64,000 bases of DNA, taken from contig CAVGAA010000004.1 in assembly GCA_963627065.1 (NCBI GenBank), forward strand, positions 1,147 through 65,146, in the 5' to 3' direction. The translations under genes were made by a program, and so were the position numbers. This document shows positions 59,210-64,000 of the stretch, one piece after another. How positions within the stretch are numbered: position 1 is the stretch's first letter; every line of letters starts with the position of its first letter. The notes beneath the pieces were generated by a model. That model did not search any database and had not been told where the DNA came from. It saw only the letters and a program-made list of their open reading frames with translations. This DNA comes from a bacterium (GTDB lineage: Bacteria > Bacillota > Clostridia > Oscillospirales > CAG-272).

Positions 59210-60064
59210 ATGTACCGTTTTCCTATCGGTGTCATTCTCGATTCTTTTCGGGTTGACACGGCGACCGCCATTGAAAAAGCCAAAGATTTGGGGGCTGACG
59301 GCGTACAACTTTACTGCACGAGAGGTGACAATTGCCCCAAAGCCCTCACGCCTGCCAAAAGGCGGGAACTGCTCGACAGAGTCAAGTCTGCAGGACTGAA
59401 ATTTTCCGCTCTTTGCGGTGACCTCGGCGAAGGTTTTTTCCGTCCCGAACGCAACCCCGAACTGATTGAGGAATCCAAGCGGATTCTCGACTTGGCTATG
59501 GATCTCGAAACAAACATCGTCACCACGCATATCGGTGTCGTTCCGTCCGATCCGTCAAATCCCCGCTATAAAATCTTGCAGGAAGCCTGCCACACGCTTG
59601 CCGAATATGCGGACAGTCTCGACGCTCATTTCGCAATCGAAACAGGTCCGGAACCTTCTGCCGTTCTGAAACAGTTTCTTGACAGTCTCGGATCTCGCGG
59701 AGTTGCGGTCAACCTCGATCCCGCAAACCTTGCGATGGTGGTCGGTGACAATGCAGTCGATGCGGTTCATAATCTCAAAGATTACATCGTCCACACGCAC
59801 GCAAAGGACGGCGTGATGCTCGCACCCTCCAATCCGGAATATGTTTACGGCGTAATCAAAGAACCCGAAGATGTGGCAAAGGTCACCTATTTCCGTGAAG
59901 TTCCGCTCGGCACGGGCAGTGTTCCCTTCCCCGCTTATCTCAAAGCGTTGGAGGAGATCGGTTACAAAGGCTTCTTAACCATTGAAAGAGAAGTCGGTGA
60001 CAACCCGTCGGGCGATATTCTGCTGGCTAAAAATTATCTCGAATCGGTTATCCGTGAGAACTGA
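59210..60064 (+). CDS. Sugar-phosphate isomerase/epimerase (xylose-isomerase-like TIM barrel)
   Basis: 284 aa from the ATG at 59210, which has a GGAGG RBS. Motifs seen are FAIETGPEP, VNLDPANL and HTHAKDG. Confidence 0.7.
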   Translation: MYRFPIGVILDSFRVDTATAIEKAKDLGADGVQLYCTRGDNCPKALTPAKRRELLDRVKSAGLKFSALCGDLGEGFFRPERNPELIEESKRILDLAMDLETNIVTTHIGVVPSDPSNPRYKILQEACHTLAEYADSLDAHFAIETGPEPSAVLKQFLDSLGSRGVAVNLDPANLAMVVGDNAVDAVHNLKDYIVHTHAKDGVMLAPSNPEYVYGVIKEPEDVAKVTYFREVPLGTGSVPFPAYLKALEEIGYKGFLTIEREVGDNPSGDILLAKNYLESVIREN

Positions 60065-60196
60065 GAGAATGGCATAAAAATTGCTTTGGTCGGCATTGAT
60101 AACATTGCCGAAACGCTTATACATGTCGTACGAATCCGCAAAAAAGCGGACACGAAATCATTTTGAAATAATTGCAATTATCAACGCTTTCGGTAA

Positions 60197-60237
60197 CAAA
60201 AAAGAGCGGAGAGGTTTTACGCCTCTCTGCTCTTTTG
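60197..60237. terminator. Bidirectional rho-independent terminator between convergent genes
   Basis: AGAGCGGAGAGG (60203-60214), a 7-nt loop, then CCTCTCTGCTCT (60222-60233) with one G-U pair. It is flanked by an A-run upstream and TTTT downstream. Confidence 0.65.
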
Positions 60238-60285
60238 ATATGCAAGTTTATGGGCTACCGCAACCGTTGCAGAACCTTTATCTTT

Positions 60286-61206
60286 TTACTTTTTCTGCTT
60301 CCGGATTTCGGCGATTTTGAGTGCAGCCTCTTTGTCGATGACATCGATTCCGTTCTCCTCGGCGATTTGTGCAATCTGGAGTAGTGCCGCTTTCATAAAC
60401 GGACGGGGAATTTTGACGTACATTTCGCACGCCTCTTTGGTGAATTTTACCTTTGTTTCAAGGCGTTCGGCACAGTACAGAACGCTGTCGACCGAGCCTG
60501 CATTGCTGTCGGCAATCGCCTCGCAAACGGGAGAAAATCCACGGAATTTTTTGTACCAGAAATTCTTGCTGTCGTGATAACCGTAATCGACCGGCACCGG
60601 CGGGAAAGAATTCTTCTTCAATCCTTTTTTGAGGTTGTCTGCGTACTTTTCTTCCATTAAGATTTTGTCAATGCGGAGAATGAAATGGCAACCGAATTTG
60701 GATGTAATGCCGTTGAAATCGTTGTACGGCGGTTCAACGCCTTCAAGTTCGCCCAAGTGTTTCTTTGCAAGGAATCCGTTTTCAAGCGAATCGTCCCATG
60801 TGCATTCGATGACTTGGTAGGCATCTTTCATAATGAGCGGACGTTCGCCCTCTGCCTCACCCTTGATGAGTTCATAAAAGCAGTCTTTCATTTTCTCCTG
60901 CGGAGTTTTACCGGGGAAGCCCAGACGGACTGCCTCTTTGAAATATTTGCGGTCGTCCTTGATAAAGTTCAAGGCACATTTGCCGTTGCGGAGAATGTTT
61001 TGTGCGGTGTTGGACGAGTTACGGCATTCGAGAATCATGGCGTAATAGTCCTTGCCTGCAATGTAATACGGGAAAACGAGGGAATAACTGCCGATCGTGG
61101 TACTGCCGTCCTCGCAAAGCGTGGAAATTTCGACCGTCGGCATCGGGAAAAACAGGTTGTTCTGATAAAAATTATCGACAACTTTCAGACTTCTGAATTT
61201 TGACAT
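60286..61206 (-). CDS. Flavin-reductase-like (FMN-binding split-barrel) domain protein with a C-terminal extension
   Basis: 306 aa from the ATG at 61206, which has an AGGAGG RBS. The N-terminal pattern FPMPTVEISTLCEDGSTTIGSYSLVF...ALNFI resembles flavin reductase-like domains. Confidence 0.4.
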   Translation of the reverse strand: MSKFRSLKVVDNFYQNNLFFPMPTVEISTLCEDGSTTIGSYSLVFPYYIAGKDYYAMILECRNSSNTAQNILRNGKCALNFIKDDRKYFKEAVRLGFPGKTPQEKMKDCFYELIKGEAEGERPLIMKDAYQVIECTWDDSLENGFLAKKHLGELEGVEPPYNDFNGITSKFGCHFILRIDKILMEEKYADNLKKGLKKNSFPPVPVDYGYHDSKNFWYKKFRGFSPVCEAIADSNAGSVDSVLYCAERLETKVKFTKEACEMYVKIPRPFMKAALLQIAQIAEENGIDVIDKEAALKIAEIRKQKK

Positions 61207-61487
61207 ATTTTGACTCCTCCTATGCAAAATCAAACTGTTACTGTACTATTATAGCACAAACCGCCCGCATTTGCAATAGTAAAATGAAAAAATCTCTCTA
61301 TCTTTTTCGCATATTGTAAGAATAAGAACAGTTTTTATTCTATATTTATACTGCGTATAATCGAATTATTATACAAGATTTTATATTTTATTTGCATAGC
61401 CGATATATCAAGTTTGCAAGGCGTCGGCACTTGCGTGTTTTTTGAGCGAAAAATTGATGAACTTTTCAAAATCTTTTCGAAATCCCC

Positions 61488-61516
61488 TTGCAAAATCGGG
61501 GAAAATGGTGTAAAAT
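61488..61516 (+). promoter_or_regulatory. Putative sigma-A promoter of pck, giving a ~165-nt leader
   Basis: TTGCAA (61488-61493), a 17-nt spacer, then TAAAAT (61511-61516). Confidence 0.4.
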
Positions 61517-61684
61517 ATATAATGGGTTACGATTGGGCAACATCAAAACGCCTACGATTGACAATCTTTTAACAATTTCAATTGCGGTCTGATTCTCAAT
61601 CTATCCTGCCCGATTTCATGTTTGTTTTAACATAAGATTGCACCTTTGTGCAGTCAAATCTATATTTATGCGGAGGAAATTATC

Positions 61685-63481
61685 ATGAACGGTAACATGA
61701 CAAACAACAAGTACGTTCTGGACTGGATCAAGTCCATGGCGGACATGGTTCAACCGAAAGACATCGTCTGGATTGACGGTAGCGAAGAACAGGCAAACGA
61801 ATTGCGTCGCATCGCCTGCTCGACCGGTGAACTCATCAAACTGAATGAAGAAAAATATCCGAACTGCTATCTGCACCGCACCGCCGTCAACGACGTTGCA
61901 CGTGTCGAGGGCAGAACTTTCATCTGCACACGCAAGAAGGAAGATGCCGGCAACATCAACAACTGGATGGATCCCGTTGAATGCTATGCAAAACTCACCA
62001 AACTGTACACCGGTTCTTACAAGGGCAAGACCATGTACGTCATTCCCTACAGCATGGGCATTGTCGGTTCGGAATTCGGCAAAATCGGCGTTGAATTGAC
62101 CGACTCCATTTATGTTGTCCTCAACATGATTATTATGACTCGTGTCGGCAAGAACGTTATGGATGCTCTCGGCGATTCCGCAGATTTCGTCAAAGGTCTG
62201 CACGCAACTGCAGATTGCAGTGAAGAAAACCGTTACATCTGCCATTTCCCCGAAGACAACACCATCTGGTCGGTCAACTCGGCTTACGGCGGAAACGTTC
62301 TGCTCGGCAAAAAGTGCTTTGCACTCCGTATCGCATCCTACCTCGGCAGAAAAGAGGGCTGGATGGCTGAACATATGCTCATTCTCGGCATCCAAAATCC
62401 GAAGGGCGAAATCAAGTATGTAACCGCCGCATTCCCGTCTGCCTGCGGTAAAACCAACCTCGCAATGCTCATTCCGCCGGAAGTTTACAAAAAGCAGGGC
62501 TACAAAGCTTGGACGGTCGGCGATGACATCGCATGGCTCCGTGTCGGAGAAGACGGCAGACTTTATGCAGTCAACCCCGAAAACGGTTTCTTCGGTGTTG
62601 CCCCCGGTACGAACGAACACTCCAACTTCAACGCTCTGCAAACCACCAAGAAGAATTGCATCTTCACCAACGTCGGTCACAACCTCGACGACAACACGGT
62701 ATGGTGGGAGGGCATGAACGATCAGCCTCCGCACAACGCAATCAACTGGAAGGGCGAAAAATGGGATTACACCAAGTACGACAAAGCGGACAAGATCAAC
62801 ACGTCCTGTGCTCATCCGAACTCCCGTTTCACCGCTATGGCTACCAACTGTCCCTGCCTCTCCTCCGAATTCAATAATCCGAAGGGCGTTCCGGTAACGG
62901 CAATCATCTTCGGCGGAAGACGTGCTAAAACCGCTCCGCTGGTGTACCAGTCGAGAAGCTGGCAACACGGAACGTTTGTCGGTTCGATTATGGCATCCGA
63001 AACAACCGCAGCAGCCGCAGGTGCTATCGGTGTGGTTCGTCGTGATCCGATGGCAATGCGTCCGTTCGTCGGTTATGATATGGGCGATTATTTCGAACAT
63101 TGGCTTGAAATGGGCAAGCACATTCCGAACGCTCCGAAGATCTTCCACGTCAACTGGTTCCGTACCGATGACGAAGGTCACTTCATCTGGCCGGGATTCG
63201 GCGACAATATGCGTGTCGTGATGTGGATTCTCGCCCGTTGTGCAGGTGAAGTCGATGCAGTCGAAACGCCTATCGGATTTGTTCCGAAGCCCGAAGACAT
63301 CAACATCGAAGGACTTGACGGCGTAACGGTCGATACCGTCAAAGATTTGCTCTCAATCGATAAGAAGAGCTGGCTCGAAGACGTCGAAAACATCAAAGCA
63401 TTCTACAAACAGGTCGGCGACCGTGTTCCCGCAGAACTTTACGACGAACTCGCAACCTTGGAGAACAACCTGAAAAAATAA
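61685..63481 (+). CDS. pck: Phosphoenolpyruvate carboxykinase (GTP)
   Basis: 598 aa from the ATG at 61685, which has a GGAGG RBS. The kinase-1a motif is AAFPSACGKTNLAML, and the protein shows full-length GTP-PEPCK character. Confidence 0.9.
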   Translation: MNGNMTNNKYVLDWIKSMADMVQPKDIVWIDGSEEQANELRRIACSTGELIKLNEEKYPNCYLHRTAVNDVARVEGRTFICTRKKEDAGNINNWMDPVECYAKLTKLYTGSYKGKTMYVIPYSMGIVGSEFGKIGVELTDSIYVVLNMIIMTRVGKNVMDALGDSADFVKGLHATADCSEENRYICHFPEDNTIWSVNSAYGGNVLLGKKCFALRIASYLGRKEGWMAEHMLILGIQNPKGEIKYVTAAFPSACGKTNLAMLIPPEVYKKQGYKAWTVGDDIAWLRVGEDGRLYAVNPENGFFGVAPGTNEHSNFNALQTTKKNCIFTNVGHNLDDNTVWWEGMNDQPPHNAINWKGEKWDYTKYDKADKINTSCAHPNSRFTAMATNCPCLSSEFNNPKGVPVTAIIFGGRRAKTAPLVYQSRSWQHGTFVGSIMASETTAAAAGAIGVVRRDPMAMRPFVGYDMGDYFEHWLEMGKHIPNAPKIFHVNWFRTDDEGHFIWPGFGDNMRVVMWILARCAGEVDAVETPIGFVPKPEDINIEGLDGVTVDTVKDLLSIDKKSWLEDVENIKAFYKQVGDRVPAELYDELATLENNLKK

Positions 63482-63526
63482 TCGCCTGAAACGCTCATAG
63501 ACAATAAAGCGTTAAAGCGATAAACA

Positions 63527-63570
63527 AAAAAGCACTCGGAGCGAAAAAGTTAACTTCGGGTGCTTTTGTT
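63527..63570. terminator. Stem-loop terminator between pck and the convergent DUF2752 gene
   Basis: AAAAGCACTCGGA, a 14-nt loop, then TTCGGGTGCTTTT followed by GTT. The stem is imperfect. Confidence 0.45.
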
Positions 63571-63599
63571 ATACGTAGATTGATTTTTGACCGAAACTT

Positions 63600-63953
63600 T
63601 TACGTTTTTTGCCAGAAAAATGCAAGGTCGCCGAGCGGATCATAATCGAATTTTATCAGGAGCAGGTTGCGTAGAACCGCATAAAAAAGGAAGAGTACGC
63701 CGACGGCAATCCACTCCCATGTGTAAATTCGAAAAAGCGGTTGTCCACCTTTTACAAACCTTACCCACGCAAAAACATAATGCATCAAACAGACGAAAAA
63801 CAAACCGGTGATAAAGGCATTTGCGTGAAAAGCAGTTAAAAAACGGAAATGCAGAATCGCATCGACTGCTCTTGTCGCACCGCAGAGCGGGCAATAGAGA
63901 AAAAGCCAATCGTGGAGAACGCAACCGGTCATATTTTCCGGCAAGAGCGACAC
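63600..63953 (-). CDS. DUF2752-family membrane protein
   Basis: 117 aa. The signature is YCPLCGATRA, followed by hydrophobic segments. Confidence 0.6.
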   Translation of the reverse strand: MSLLPENMTGCVLHDWLFLYCPLCGATRAVDAILHFRFLTAFHANAFITGLFFVCLMHYVFAWVRFVKGGQPLFRIYTWEWIAVGVLFLFYAVLRNLLLIKFDYDPLGDLAFFWQKT

Positions 63954-64000
63954 CAGATAGCGATACAGCGGAAAAAGTGCGACACCGCAAATTACGATGC

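Noticed and set aside
61411-61443. Short hairpin plus T-run (GCAAG-N9-CTTGC-GTGTTTTTT) upstream of the pck promoter, as the terminator of a small RNA starting near a TATAAT at 61356-61361
   Set aside because: The stem is only 5 bp. The putative promoter has no credible -35 box or extended -10. The evidence is too weak to call an sRNA.
61638-61653. TTGCAC-CTTT-GTGCAG just upstream of the pck RBS, as a third copy of the TTGCACAA/TTGTGCAA element
   Set aside because: The spacing is different (N4 rather than N15). There is no A-tract or shared flanks, and the arms are only 5 bp. It is more likely a small leader hairpin or chance.
61616-63181. 521-aa minus-strand ORF, the longest antisense ORF in the window
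   Set aside because: It lies entirely antisense to the pck gene, whose translation is unmistakably GTP-PEPCK. The translation is low-complexity and rich in Arg/Gly/Val, with no motifs and no RBS. It is a shadow ORF.

Overview
64-kb chromosomal window that looks like a Clostridia-class Firmicute. The basis is gene content and signals: GGAGG-type RBSs, TTGACA-17-TATAAT promoters, a SepF/YlmE-G-H division cluster, FakA/DegV genes, a GTP-type PEP carboxykinase and GH28 pectinase genes. I call about 48 protein-coding genes. I saw no rRNA/tRNA, no CRISPR array and no integrase or transposase. Gene order: pepT (truncated) and pepS on the minus strand; a 690-bp AT-rich regulatory gap; a 21.9-kb, ten-gene plus-strand operon (2147-24015); two small paralogous membrane proteins; a tightly packed eleven-gene minus-strand lipid operon (25440-37285); a pectin/rhamnogalacturonan-type CAZyme cluster (37532-47258) with a divergent AraC regulator; copA-copZ; an LRR lipoprotein; ylmH-ylmG-sepF-ylmE, an HlyD-like gene and miaA; an AraC regulator plus a sugar-phosphate isomerase; a flavin-reductase-like gene; pck; a DUF2752 gene. 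The stand-out is the ten-gene operon. It combines four unrelated NTPase engines: an Hsp70-like ATPase, an SNF2 helicase with a cysteine-rich tail, a 1545-aa DUF4011/SF1 helicase with a degenerate endonuclease-like tail, and a classic AAA+ ATPase. These sit alongside a zinc-ribbon/Sel1 protein, a coiled-coil protein, an HExxH protein, a glycine-zipper protein and a membrane-anchored 1419-aa repeat-rich surface protein. I do not recognise this combination as any named defence system and propose it as a candidate new conflict/defence system. Second in interest is the lipid operon, which includes an LRAT/PLAAT-PPTase fusion. Third is a roughly 95-nt promoter cassette (inverted repeat, A15-16 tract, TGTTGACTT, extended -10) shared by the ten-gene operon and a distant AraC gene. 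All calls come from reading the ORF translations and the DNA by eye, with no database search or computation. GC content was not computed. Hand-indexed motif coordinates may be off by 1-2 nt.
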